Shown: positions 42,695 to 52,932, counted from the first letter of the stretch. The stretch: 64,000 bases of DNA from an uncultured Methanosarcinales archaeon (GCA_963843555.1 CAWJKV010000005.1:160001-224000), one strand, 5' to 3'. Notes: generated by a model not told the origin, from the letters alone. Numbers and translations are program-made.

Positions 42695-43564
42695 GTGGAA
42701 AACCTCGCAGAAGCATTTCTAAGCCTGGGCAAGGAGGACTTCTCTATGCTGGGCGCAATTGAATCCGGGATGAGGACCCATGAGTGGGTCCCTACCTTCG
42801 TGATCTCACAGATTGCCAGCCTTTCGGCCAGCAAGGTCGAGTACCGGCTGCAGCATCTTTTTGAGCAGAAGCTGGTGGTGCGGGAGTCTCTTCACTATCT
42901 GGGCTACCAGATAAATTTCGATGCTTACGATCTTCTGGCATTGTCGGATTTCGTGAAACGCAACTATGTAAAGTGCATCGGCGATCAGATCGGGGTGGGC
43001 AAAGAGTCGGTGGTCTACGAGGCATTGGGAGAGATTCCCCTGGCCATCAAGTTCCACCGCCAGGGTCGAACCAGCTTCAAGCACGTGCGCCGCCTGCGCG
43101 ATCATCTCAAAGATAAGCCCAAGGTGCCCTGGCTCTACGCGGCAGCTCTGGCCGCCCGGCACGAGCACCAGGTCATGAAAAAGCTCTACCCCAGGGTTTC
43201 CATTCCCAGGCCCGTCGGCGTCAGCCGGCATGCCCTGGCTATGGAGTTCATAAACGGCCCCCAGCTCAACAAGATCACGCTATCCGATCCGGAGGACGGT
43301 CTGAATATGATACTGGATGAGGTGGGCAGGGCCCTGAATCTAGGCATCATCCATTCCGATCTGAGCGAGTTCAACATCATGATCGCACAGTCCGGTCCCA
43401 AGATCATAGACTGGCCTCAGGCTGTGGAAGTCACTCATCCTCATGCCCAGGAGCTATTGGAGAGAGATATAGGCAATGTATTGCGTTTCTTCGAGCGCAA
43501 GTACAGAATAGAGATGACTCTGGAAGAGGCGCTTATGCGCGCCCGGGGGAAGGAGCAGAGTTGA
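42695..43564 (+). CDS. rio2: RIO2-family Ser/Thr kinase
   Basis: wHTH N-terminus, GVGKESVVY, KFHRQGRTSF, IHSDLSEFNI, IDWPQ. Confidence 0.93.
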   Translation: MENLAEAFLSLGKEDFSMLGAIESGMRTHEWVPTFVISQIASLSASKVEYRLQHLFEQKLVVRESLHYLGYQINFDAYDLLALSDFVKRNYVKCIGDQIGVGKESVVYEALGEIPLAIKFHRQGRTSFKHVRRLRDHLKDKPKVPWLYAAALAARHEHQVMKKLYPRVSIPRPVGVSRHALAMEFINGPQLNKITLSDPEDGLNMILDEVGRALNLGIIHSDLSEFNIMIAQSGPKIIDWPQAVEVTHPHAQELLERDIGNVLRFFERKYRIEMTLEEALMRARGKEQS

Positions 43565-45546
43565 GCATATTCGGGGTTGATATCGCCAGTGGCTCGCCCA
43601 GCAGCCGCAGGATGCCGAGCTATTCATTGGTGATCCTGGAAGGGGATGCCACCACCAGCCACCATATGATAAACAGGCACAAGCTGATCCGACTCATCAG
43701 GGAGCGCCAGCCAGAGATCGTGGCCATGGACAATGTCCACGAGCTGGCCAGCGACCGAAGTGAGCTGATCAACCTCATGCGGAGGCTTCCGGCGGCCACG
43801 AAACTGGTGCAGGTGACGGGCGGAGAGCGGCCTGAGTCCCTGGTCAGGCTGGCCCGCTGGAATGGCATCACCTTCGACCGCACCAAACCTCTGCAAGAGG
43901 CGGAGGCCTGCGCCCGTCTGGCGGCGAAGGGCGTGGGCGCCGTCATTTCCGCTTTCGAGGAGCGGACCTGGATCAAAGTAAGCAGGAGGCGGTCCCTGGG
44001 CCGGGGCGGCTGGAGCCAGAACCGCTACTCTCGCAAGATTCATGGCGCGGTAAAGGGCCTGGCGCGCGATGTGGAGCGGCAGCTGCGCGAAGCAGGTCTC
44101 GAGTACACTGCCAGAGTTGTAGAGGGCCTGGGCGGCTATACCCGGGCGGAGTTCGTAGTGGAAGCATCTCGCGAAAAGGTGCACATCAACTCCGGCTACT
44201 CTGCAGATGCCCAGCTGAAGGTGCAGAGCATTGAGCGGCCGGAGCTACAGTATAAGCCACTCCTGCAAAGACGGGGATATATCATCGTGGGCCTGGACCC
44301 GGGAACGACGACGGGGATCGCCGCCCTGAACCTCGGCGGAGATCTGGTGGACCTGATAAGCTCCCGGGCCATGTCCTCCTCGGATGTGATCGAATGGATC
44401 GCCGCCCGCGGAAGGCCGCTCGTCGTCGCCACAGACGTCTTCCCGACGCCCGGTGCGGTCGAGAAGGTGAAGAGGGCTTTTAACGCCGTTCTATTCTCTC
44501 CGGGGGCGGACATGCCTGGCATAGAGAAGATCGCTCTGGGAAGGGAGGTCGGCTATAGGAACGATCACGAGCGTGATGCACTGGCGGCAGCTTTAAGCGC
44601 CTTCAAGAAATATAAGAACAAGTTCTTGCAGGTGGAGAAAAAGGCACCACCCGAGGTTGATCCAGACGAAGTGAAGGCTCTGGTGGTCAGGGGCTACTCC
44701 ATAGAGAATGCAGTCGCCGAGTTCACCAAAGCGCCAGAGATCGCAGCCAGGCCGGCGGCTTCGCCGCCTGCTACAGCAGCCAATGCTGATCCCGAAAATA
44801 GTGCTCAGCGCCTGCAAAACCAGCAGCTTGCAGAGCAGGTAAGAACTCTGCGCTCTTATGTGGATGAGCTGCGAGCAGAGCTTGAGGAAAGGGATGCAGC
44901 CCTGCAGGCCGCAATTGGCAAATTGGACCGGTTGAAGGATAAAACGGCTCGCGAGATCAAGCGCCAGCATGAGATCAAGATTCGAGATAAAGAGATCGAA
45001 CGCCTGAGGGCGATATTGCGATCGGAGAGAAAGTACACCAAAAAGCTGAAGAAGGGTATGGCGGCCCGCAAAAAAGCAGAGCAGATAGAGGAGATAAAAG
45101 GACTGCGGCGTCTAAAACCACTTCAAGCCTTCTCCAGAGAGGCCGTGCTTCTTGCTATAGATCGCTATGCCCTGGCAGAAGGGGACCTGGTCTTCCTTGA
45201 GGACGCCAGCGGCGGAGGAAAGAGCACAGCCGAGCTGATCAAAGAGACGGGAATTGCGGCCGTGACTACGGACGGCGAGATGGCGCCGGCTTTGCAGGAA
45301 TACTTTCTGGATCTAGGCGTGCCGGTATTTTCCAGCCGGGAGCTGCCCGTGCAAAGAATCGATGGGCTGCCCTTTGTCCGGCCGGAGGATGTCGAGGCTG
45401 CCCAGATGCGATGGGCAGAGCAAATGAAAGCCCGACAGGCAAGACTCCAGGCGGAAAAGCTGGAGAGCCTCTTCCAGGACTACAAAGTGGAGAGGATGAA
45501 GGAAGAGAAGAGAAAGCAGAAGCTGGGGCTGGCGGATAAGATCTGA
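43561..45546 (+). CDS. DUF460-domain RNase H-like/coiled-coil protein
   Basis: GRGGWSQNRY.R, IVGLDPGTTTG, NDHERDALAAA, coiled coil. Confidence 0.9.
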   Translation: MSIFGVDIASGSPSSRRMPSYSLVILEGDATTSHHMINRHKLIRLIRERQPEIVAMDNVHELASDRSELINLMRRLPAATKLVQVTGGERPESLVRLARWNGITFDRTKPLQEAEACARLAAKGVGAVISAFEERTWIKVSRRRSLGRGGWSQNRYSRKIHGAVKGLARDVERQLREAGLEYTARVVEGLGGYTRAEFVVEASREKVHINSGYSADAQLKVQSIERPELQYKPLLQRRGYIIVGLDPGTTTGIAALNLGGDLVDLISSRAMSSSDVIEWIAARGRPLVVATDVFPTPGAVEKVKRAFNAVLFSPGADMPGIEKIALGREVGYRNDHERDALAAALSAFKKYKNKFLQVEKKAPPEVDPDEVKALVVRGYSIENAVAEFTKAPEIAARPAASPPATAANADPENSAQRLQNQQLAEQVRTLRSYVDELRAELEERDAALQAAIGKLDRLKDKTAREIKRQHEIKIRDKEIERLRAILRSERKYTKKLKKGMAARKKAEQIEEIKGLRRLKPLQAFSREAVLLAIDRYALAEGDLVFLEDASGGGKSTAELIKETGIAAVTTDGEMAPALQEYFLDLGVPVFSSRELPVQRIDGLPFVRPEDVEAAQMRWAEQMKARQARLQAEKLESLFQDYKVERMKEEKRKQKLGLADKI

Positions 45547-45590
45547 GAGTATATGATTGAGCTTCTTTCGTTAAGAATATCGATCTAGAG

Positions 45591-46136
45591 ATCTTTTATT
45601 TAGGTGCAAAAATGTTTGAGAAGGCCCGAGATTGAGGCTCCATTCGAAACTTTGGGACGCTCTATCAGTCTGCAACTTAACCGCCGTCGCTCGGCCGGGC
45701 CGCGGCCTGGAGCGGCGCCCCAACCATAGCGCGGGAGGCCCGCAGGCCGACTCGCGGCACCCCGTAAGAATGTGGTGATGATGTCCTTGCCTGCATCTGC
45801 AAAGTCAAGTCTGCATTTGAATGACATTGGCATATCTTTAGTTAGGCGCAAACGATTATCCATCCTCTTCTTCCGGGGTTCCGCGCGGTTAAACGCGCTG
45901 TGGTGACGGGGCCGCACTCAGGCCGTGCAGGCCCACCTAACCCCGCGGCCGCGGGGAACAATCCATGAAGCTATGCCCTTTGCGCTTGGACGAGCCCGAG
46001 ATATAGGTCCTATACAAAACTCTTGGGCGTCCTCTATCAGTCTGCAACTCAAACCGCCGTCGCTCAGCCGTCCGCGGCCCGGAAAAGGCGCCCCAACCAT
46101 AGCGCGGGAGGACCGCAGGCCGACTCGCGGCATCCC
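45591..46136. repeat. GC-rich palindromic tandem repeat, left block (deleted copy 45591-45821; copy 45822-46136)
   Basis: CTATCAGTCTGCAACT..CCGCCGTCGCTC..CAACCATAGCGCGGGAGG(C/A)CCGCAGGCCGACTCGCGGCA occurs twice; perfect palindrome CCCCGCGGCCGCGGGG at 45941-45956. Confidence 0.9.
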
Positions 46137-46437
46137 GAAAGAAAGGACGAAGGCTATTCTTACTCGCATTTGCCAGAAGCCTTTCTGCAATTTGATGCTC
46201 CAAGAGCCTCCCCACAGGTCTATAGAGAAGCGACCTATTTTGGATTAGTGCGTCTCCAGCCTGACGGGCTCGACTGGAGAATATTTATCAATTAATAATA
46301 ACTGTATCGCAATCAATCGCGATCCTTTGCCACTGAACAGATTTGCCTTTGACTTTTCAAGCCGACTGGATCGCATGAATGACACGCATCCGAAATGATG
46401 AATAACTACAGCGACTTTGGTGCATTTAGGGGAATAA

Positions 46438-46656
46438 ATGAGGATCAGAGATGCGATCAGACTGATCGAGGCCGATGGCTGGCGGTTAGTGAATACCAAA
46501 GGCAGTCATAGGCAATTTAAGCATCCTTTCAAAAGAGGCCGCGTGACGATTGCAGGCAAGCTCGATATGGACCTGCATCCCAAGACTCTGAAAAGTATAT
46601 TAAAGCAGGCAGGCATAGAGGAGATATTGGATGGCCAAATACACGATAATCATTGA
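46438..46656 (+). CDS. hicA: HicA-family toxin
   Basis: LIEADGW....KGSHRQFKHP..GRVTI..TLKSILKQAG. Confidence 0.92.
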   Translation: MRIRDAIRLIEADGWRLVNTKGSHRQFKHPFKRGRVTIAGKLDMDLHPKTLKSILKQAGIEEILDGQIHDNH

Positions 46657-46867
46657 GAAGGGTGAAGGGAATTACTCCGCATACTGCCCAGATCTTCCAG
46701 GCGTGGTTTCAGCAGGCGAAACAGAGGAGGAGACGGCGGAACTGATGAAAGAGGCAATAGAGTTGCATCTGGAAGGGCTGAAGGAGGACACGGATACCGA
46801 TTCCGGAGCCAACGATTTCTGCAAGATATGTATGATGTCGTTGTATGAATGGCGATGCTCGCCCTGA
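46631..46867 (+). CDS. hicB: HicB-family antitoxin (short form; probable +1 frameshift near 46790)
   Basis: YTIIIEKGEGNYSAYCPDLPGVVSAGETEEE..EAIELHLEGL; typical tail RIPIPEPTISARYV* is in the next frame, ending 46835. Confidence 0.88.
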   Translation: MAKYTIIIEKGEGNYSAYCPDLPGVVSAGETEEETAELMKEAIELHLEGLKEDTDTDSGANDFCKICMMSLYEWRCSP

Positions 46868-46927
46868 TCTATTTGGCTTAAAACCGATAAATTCACAAGT
46901 GCGAATCCAAAGATGAGGGCACGATAA

Positions 46928-47485
46928 CATATCTTTCATTTAGGCGCAAAAAATATCACATTTCTTCTTCCGGGGTTCCACGCGCTGCGGCGAACAGTCT
47001 ATGAAGGTTCCTTCATTCCTGGTCGTGTTGAGAAGACCCGAGATGTAAGGTTCAATTCCAGACCTTGGAACGCACTATCTGTTCGGTGACATTGGCATAT
47101 CTTTAGTTAGGCGCTAAGCATTATTCCACCACTCTTTCCGGGTTCCGCGCGGTTAAACGCGCTCGGGCGACGGGGATCCACTCATGGCCGTGGCGGCCCC
47201 CCTAACCCCGCGTGCCGCGGGGAACAATTTATGAAGCCTTGCCCTTATTCCTGGGCGTGTTTGAGAAGACCCGAGATGTAAGGTTCTTTTCCAGACCTTG
47301 GAACGCACTATCAGTCTGTAGCTCAACCGCCGTCGCTCGGCCGGCCGCGGCCCGGGAAAGGCGCGCCCAACCATTAGCGCGGGAGGCCCGCAGGCCGACT
47401 CGCGGCACCCAAGAAGAAAAAGAGCAATCAGTCCTTGAATGCATCAAACGAGTCCCATCTGCAGTTGAACGGCATTAGCGTATCC
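46928..47485. repeat. GC-rich palindromic tandem repeat, right block (deleted copy 46928-47079; full copy 47087-~47469; start of another)
   Basis: TGACATTGGCATATCTTTAGTTAGGCGC identical at 45822 and 47087; GAGAAGACCCGAGATGTAAGGTTC..CCAGACCTTGGAACGCACTATC at ~47030 and ~47263. Confidence 0.9.
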
Positions 47486-47531
47486 ACATCAATCCCAGAG
47501 GGTGCATATTAGAACAGCTCATAACCATGCA

Positions 47532-48266
47532 TCAGAAACGATTCAGCTCCCCCAGCCTCTCCGGCCTCTCCATCAGCTCCGTTCCCACCAGCAGAGCATC
47601 CGCCCCCGCCCGCATCATGCGCAGGGCATCCTCCCGGCTGTGCACTCCGCTCTCCGCCACCAGGAAGACTCCCGCGCTTCTTCGCCCGTGGCGCCAGCCG
47701 CTCGAAGGTGCCCAGATCAACCTCCAGAGTCTTCAGGTTGCGGTTATTGATGCCGATGATCCGGGCATCCGTCTTCAGAGCCGCTTCCAGCTCCTCTTCG
47801 GAATGAACCTCCACCAGAGGCTCCATTCCATGGGCCCTGGCCCGATCCACGAATTTGTTCAGATCTATCTCCAGGGCAGCGATGAGCAGCACCAGATCGG
47901 CCTGGACCTCAGCAAGCTGCCTCTCATCGAAGATGAAGTCCTTTCTCAAGACCGGCAGGCCCGCTCTTCGAGCTATCCGGGCGTTCTCCAGAGAACCCAG
48001 AAAGTGCGTGGGCTCGGTGAGAACGGAGATGGCGCAGGCGTTGCTTTCGGTGTAAGCCCTGGCGTATGCCTGCCACCTCCTCCGGGGCCAGAGTCCTTCC
48101 AATCGCCTTGGGCTTGATCTCGGCAATAATGGGGATTATGCCCCTTGCTCTTCAGAGCGCTGGCCGAGCTTATCAGGTCCCGGCGCTCTTCCTTCGGCCA
48201 GGCGGCAGCAGCCTTAGGCCCGCGCGCCCGGGAGGCCTCCAGAATGCCCTCAATCAGGGGATGCAT
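47532..48266 (-). pseudogene. trpC: Indole-3-glycerol phosphate synthase, three +1 frameshifts
   Basis: Across frames: [47 protein letters not shown]; shifts near 48142, 48069, 47678. Confidence 0.9.
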
Positions 48267-48837
48267 CCCACCACGTCCTCGACCCAGTTGCTGGATGATC
48301 TTCTTTCCAGACGGCGTTAGCACTGACTCGGGATGGAACTGGACTCCAGAGTGTGGATGGGTTTTGTGCCTGATGCCCATCACCACTCCCTCCGGGGTAG
48401 AGGCCGCGACCTCCAGATCCGGGGCAAGCCTTTCTACCGCCAGCGAGTGGTAGCGCCCCCCTTGCAAGGGATTCTCCAGTCCCCGGAAGATGCCCCGTCC
48501 ATCGTGCTCTGATCTCCGAGGTCTTGCCGTGCAGAGGCCTGGTGTGGGATATTGTTCCGCCATAGGCCAGGTTCATGGCCTGGTGGCCCAGGCAGACGCC
48601 CAGGATGGGTGTATCTGGGAAGTGCAATATGATCTCCAGGCAGCTGCCTATGTCCCTTGGTTTGGCCGGATGGCCGGGTCCCGGCGAGATCACAATTCCG
48701 ATGGGATCCAGTTCCTCCACCTCAGCCAGACGGATATCATTGGAGCGAACAGTGGTATCTTCATAAAACACCGATACATAATCCACCAGGTTCCAGACAA
48801 AGGAATCCTGATTGTCCACAAAGAGAATGGGCCTCAT
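48254..48837 (-). pseudogene. trpG: Anthranilate synthase component II, two +1 frameshifts
   Basis: DNQDSFVWNL, SPGPG, GVCLGHQ, HGKTS, RYHSL, QFHPES; shifts near 48510 and 48293. Confidence 0.9.
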
Positions 48838-50288
48838 CAGGCCACTCCCAGAGCCCGCTTCATGGCCGCCATCTTTCGCTCTGTCTCCTGGTATTCTTTC
48901 TCCGGATCCGAATCCGCCACTATCCCCGCGCCGGCCTGCACCGTGGCCACCCCATCTTTAATCAGAACGCTTCGGATGGCTATGGCAAAGTCGGAGCTAC
49001 CGTCTATGGAGAAGTAGCCGATGCCGCCCCCATAAATTCCCCGAGGCGCTTTCTCCAGGTCATCAATGATCTCCATAGCCCGCAGCTTGGGCGCTCCGGA
49101 GAGGGTTCCTGCCGGAAAGACCGACCGTGCGGCATCAAATTGATCGCACTCCTCTCGCAGCTCTCCAATTACTGTGGTCTCAATGTGCTGCACATGAGAG
49201 TACTTGAGCACAGACATGAAATCCTCCACCTGCACCGTCCCGGAGCGGCAGACGGATCGCACATCATTCCTGCCCAGGTCTACCAGCATGACATGTTCCG
49301 CCCTCTCCTTCTCGTCTGCGAGCATGAGCTTCGCATACCGGTCGTCCTCGGCTCGCGTTCTCCCGCGGGGACAGGTTCCAGCAATGGGATTGACCTTGAG
49401 TTTGCGGTTGTAGGTGTTGAAGAGGGTCTCGGGAGATGCTCCCACAATGGCCAGGTCCCCGAACTCGAAGAGGTAGGTATAGGGGCTCGGATTGATGCTT
49501 CTCAGCTTCCGGTAGAGCTTTACCGGGTCCGGGCATTCAATTCTGGTCGAACGGGCCAGGACGATCTGAAATATATCACCATCCGTAATATGCTCCTTGG
49601 CCTTGGAAACCGCATCCTGGTACTCCTGCGGCTCGCCTGCCGAGAGCACCCTGCCAACTATATTCAGGTCCTCGGCCTGATCATAGTCGGGATCGATTCC
49701 GCCGATGGTCTCAATCAAATTGACCTTGGGGCCGGGCAGGATGGGAGCGATGGCGAAGTAGACCTTCCGGTCCAGGTGATCGAAGATGAAAGTGCTCTCC
49801 GCCAGGCCGAACTGGGCGTCCGGGGTCTCAGCGGTCGATCTTCTGCCCAGGCGCTCCTTGACCAGATCGTAGGCCAGGTAGCCGATGCCCCCTCCGGTGA
49901 ACACCTGTCTGCCGAAGCTGTTGGGCATGCCCCGGCTGGAGGGTATGCTCGCCCGCAGGACATCGAATAGATCATAGCCCTCCTTTATGGGCCCCTGCAG
50001 AACCGAGCCGATTTTTTCCACATCCACGCACCCGGAGAGCCTCTCCTCAATGGGACCCATGCCGCCATTATAAAACTCCATTCGAAGGAAGCGGTTCTTG
50101 ACCGAGATCATGGCCGAGGGATCGGCCCCCACAAAGGAGAACCTGGCTTTCTGTCCCGACTTCTCCACAGACTCCAGGAGATATGGGTACCTTCGATCCC
50201 GCAGCGCCAGGTATAGAGAGAGCGGAGCGTCTACACTGACTTTATTGCTCACATCCACGAACACCGGCTCTACTGTGGCACCGGACAT
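48837..50288 (-). CDS. trpE: Anthranilate synthase component I
   Basis: LLESVE, GDIFQIV, NPSPY, PIAGT, KERAEHVMLVDLGRND, PAGTLSGAPK, QAGAGIVADS. Confidence 0.96.
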   Translation of the reverse strand: MSGATVEPVFVDVSNKVSVDAPLSLYLALRDRRYPYLLESVEKSGQKARFSFVGADPSAMISVKNRFLRMEFYNGGMGPIEERLSGCVDVEKIGSVLQGPIKEGYDLFDVLRASIPSSRGMPNSFGRQVFTGGGIGYLAYDLVKERLGRRSTAETPDAQFGLAESTFIFDHLDRKVYFAIAPILPGPKVNLIETIGGIDPDYDQAEDLNIVGRVLSAGEPQEYQDAVSKAKEHITDGDIFQIVLARSTRIECPDPVKLYRKLRSINPSPYTYLFEFGDLAIVGASPETLFNTYNRKLKVNPIAGTCPRGRTRAEDDRYAKLMLADEKERAEHVMLVDLGRNDVRSVCRSGTVQVEDFMSVLKYSHVQHIETTVIGELREECDQFDAARSVFPAGTLSGAPKLRAMEIIDDLEKAPRGIYGGGIGYFSIDGSSDFAIAIRSVLIKDGVATVQAGAGIVADSDPEKEYQETERKMAAMKRALGVA

Positions 50289-50912
50289 GCTCTCACCTTC
50301 TGCACAAACGAGTTGATCTTGACCGGATCCTTTCTGCCCGCAGACTCCGTGCCGCTGGAGACATCCACGGCATAGGGCCTCACCCGCTTTATGGCCTGGG
50401 CCACATTGCCCGAATCAAGGCCCCCGGCCAAAATAACCGGAACCTTGAGAGATCTGACGATCTCGGCGCTCTTATCCCAGTCGTGGACTCTTCCCGTTCC
50501 GCCCAGCTTTCCATCGACCATGCTATCCAGAAGAATGGAATCAGCTGCCATTTGGTAGCTCTTGGCCTCTCCGCCTCCGTCATCGACTGGCACGGCTGCC
50601 ACCAGCTTCTGGTGAACCCGGCCCTTCAGCTCCGCCAGTTCACGGGGTGCCAGTGAGCCGTGCAATTGGAGTACATCCGCCCCGGTCTGCTCGGCCAGTC
50701 GCACCGCATCATTGACGTTCTTCGGGCTGATCACTGCCACGCTCTTGGTGTACACCGGCACGCTGCGGATGAGATCTGCTGCTTCCTTCGCAGAGAGGCA
50801 GTGCCGGGAGTCCTCGATCTCCACCACAAAGCCCACAGCATCCGCTCCTGCCTGGACGGCATAAGTCGAGATCGTCCCTGCTCATAATTCCGCATACCTT
50901 GATTCTGGTCAT
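50270..50912 (-). pseudogene. trpF: Phosphoribosylanthranilate isomerase, one +1 frameshift near 50863
   Basis: MTRIKVCGI / AVQAGADAVGF, QLHG, GGTG..DW, LAGGL, VDVSSGTE. Confidence 0.9.
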
Positions 50913-51934
50913 AAGAATCTCACCAGCTTGCCATAGTCGCCGTTCATCTCCACCATTTTATGTAACAGTTCCAGGGCCCTTCCTGTGTCTATAGCTTCCT
51001 CCGCTATCCTCGCTCCCTCTTTGATGCCCGGGGCTCCGCCGGAGATATAGACGGCTGCTCCGCTGTTTATGGCGATGATATCCCTCGCAGGGGATCTCTC
51101 GCCCTTCATCACCGCCACCAGGCGTCGGGCATTGTCTTCAGGTGTGCCTCCCGTGAGATCCTCTTGCCTGGCCAGAGGATAGCCCAGATCCTGGGGCATG
51201 ATGCTGTAGCTCTTTACAACCCCCTCCTTCAGCTCCGCAATCCTGGTCTCGCCGGTATTGGTGATCTCATCCATGCCATTTCCGTGCACCACCAGAGCCC
51301 GATCTGTGCCCAGCATCAGGAAGACTGAGGCCAGCTTCTCACAGAGGCCTGGATCGTAGACGCCCATCACCTGGGCCGTTGCTCCCGCCGGGTTGGTGAG
51401 CGGCCCCAGTATATTGAAAACGGTGCGCAGCCCCAGCTCGCGTCGGATGGGTGCCACCCTCTTCATGGCGGGATGAAAGACGGGAGCCAGCATAAATCCG
51501 ATTCCCAGACGCTCGATCATGGCGGTCACCGCTTCCGGAGCGGGACTGATGTTGATGCCCAGTTCCGATAGAACGTTGGCGCTGCCGCACTTCGAACTTA
51601 CGGCATAGTTGCCGTGCTTGGCCACAGGTACTCCGCAGGCGGCGGCGACAATGGCTGCAGCGGTGCTCACATTGATGGTATTGGTGGCATCCCCGCCCGT
51701 GCCACAGGTGTCCACCAGGGTGCCATTTACGCGAGGATGGATGCGAACTGCAGAGTCGCGCATCTTTTTAGCCAGACCTGCGATCTCAGATACGGATTCG
51801 CCCTTCAATCGCAGGGCAATGAGCAGAGCTCCAATCTGGGCATCTGTCGCTTTATTGAAGATCTCATCCATGAGGGACTCAGCCTCCTCCACGGAGAGGT
51901 CACGCCCTTCCACGATCTCTTGCAGATAAGTCAA
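50909..51934 (-). CDS. trpD: Anthranilate phosphoribosyltransferase
   Basis: DTCGTGGD, NVST, KHGN, FHPAMK, FNILGPLTNP, GMDE; TTG start. Confidence 0.96.
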   Translation of the reverse strand: MTYLQEIVEGRDLSVEEAESLMDEIFNKATDAQIGALLIALRLKGESVSEIAGLAKKMRDSAVRIHPRVNGTLVDTCGTGGDATNTINVSTAAAIVAAACGVPVAKHGNYAVSSKCGSANVLSELGINISPAPEAVTAMIERLGIGFMLAPVFHPAMKRVAPIRRELGLRTVFNILGPLTNPAGATAQVMGVYDPGLCEKLASVFLMLGTDRALVVHGNGMDEITNTGETRIAELKEGVVKSYSIMPQDLGYPLARQEDLTGGTPEDNARRLVAVMKGERSPARDIIAINSGAAVYISGGAPGIKEGARIAEEAIDTGRALELLHKMVEMNGDYGKLVRFL

Positions 51935-51953
51935 AGTAACACCACCAATTCAA

Positions 51954-52000
51954 TGTATAATCTTGTACTATAATGAGGTAAAAAGTACATTGTATTTATA
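51954..52000 (-). promoter_or_regulatory. trp promoter with TGTACA-like boxes
   Basis: Minus-strand TATAAATA at 52000-51993; TGTATA (51954), TGTACT (51964), AGTACA (51984) around the expected start site. Confidence 0.5.
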
Positions 52001-52183
52001 GATTGTGCAAAAGAGCTCAACTAATTCCATATGGTCAAGTTGAAACGTGATAGGGATAACATTGGGAGATATATGTATAAAATATACAACATATATAATT
52101 TGTATCGAAATGCATAAAAATAAGGAATTAAAATAAAAAGTAAAACTGTTTGCTATTTTAGGTAAATTCTAGAGATCAGAGAC

Positions 52184-52462
52184 CTACCACTTGCCGGACT
52201 CTATGACAGGAAGCTTGTCCAGTACCTGCGCAATTGCCTCCGGGCTAAGATTGTACTTCCGGCAGATCTTGAACACGCGAGAGAGTTCGGTGTTCTGATC
52301 GGTTCCTGATAGCTGGGCAGCATGGATCTCTGCAGCATCCAGGCCTTTTTCCAGCACAATCTTCCTGACATCCTTCAGCACACCACTGGTGATACAGCTC
52401 TCAGTCATGCCGATCTCTTCAATCGCCTTTCCCATATTTTCCATGTCTTTTGGATTCATCAT
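52184..52462 (-). CDS. Small helical hypothetical protein, paralogous to the C-terminal domain of 8726
   Basis: ~92 aa; 20/82 ungapped identities to the 8726 protein by hand count. Confidence 0.75.
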   Translation of the reverse strand: MMNPKDMENMGKAIEEIGMTESCITSGVLKDVRKIVLEKGLDAAEIHAAQLSGTDQNTELSRVFKICRKYNLSPEAIAQVLDKLPVIESGKW

Positions 52463-52932
52463 AATTCCAACACCTAACAATTCAAAGATGCAAGTATATA
52501 GGTTTGGATATGTTAAATATCTTTTGAAGGGAAGATCCTAAACAAGATAAGAAAAAAATGATAAATCCAAAGCCTTCATCAGAGTCAAATGATGGCGGCA
52601 TACCAATGACAACAGAGCTGCACGGTCTTTCGGATAAATAAAGCGAAAAAATCAGCTTGAATCGAAGAGCAGATCAAATCGGATCAGATCAATTCGAGAA
52701 GATCAACTCGCAGGCCTCTTTCGGCCCCTATCCTTGCTTAGGCGCCCGCAAGGTCCATTTTCCCTTTTTTTGGGATTTCCCTCATCCAGATCGGATATCT
52801 CTTCATCAAGATCAGATAAGTCTGCTCCGCACATCGCGATGTGCTTTTTTGTGCTACTATAAATAAGCAAGGAAGGGCAAGGGCATTTTGGCACCGCAAA
52901 ACCTATTATCCCAGGGATAATTCAAACTACAC

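Noticed and set aside
45600..47478. ORFs 45600, 45918, 45925, 45937, 46023, 47153, 47212, 47229
   Set aside because: Pro/Arg-rich translations of the GC-rich repeat; frames differ between copies.
45591..47485. CRISPR array or attC cassette array
   Set aside because: Units are ~380 bp with no regular 25-45-nt repeat/unique spacer pattern; no clear attC R-box ends or integron integrase seen.
47532..50912. Programmed frameshifting or phase variation of trp genes
   Set aside because: Sites share no slippery motif or long homopolymer, and several per gene would abolish expression.
52657..52894. Short AGATCAA repeats and small ORFs
   Set aside because: Too short and irregular to separate from chance.
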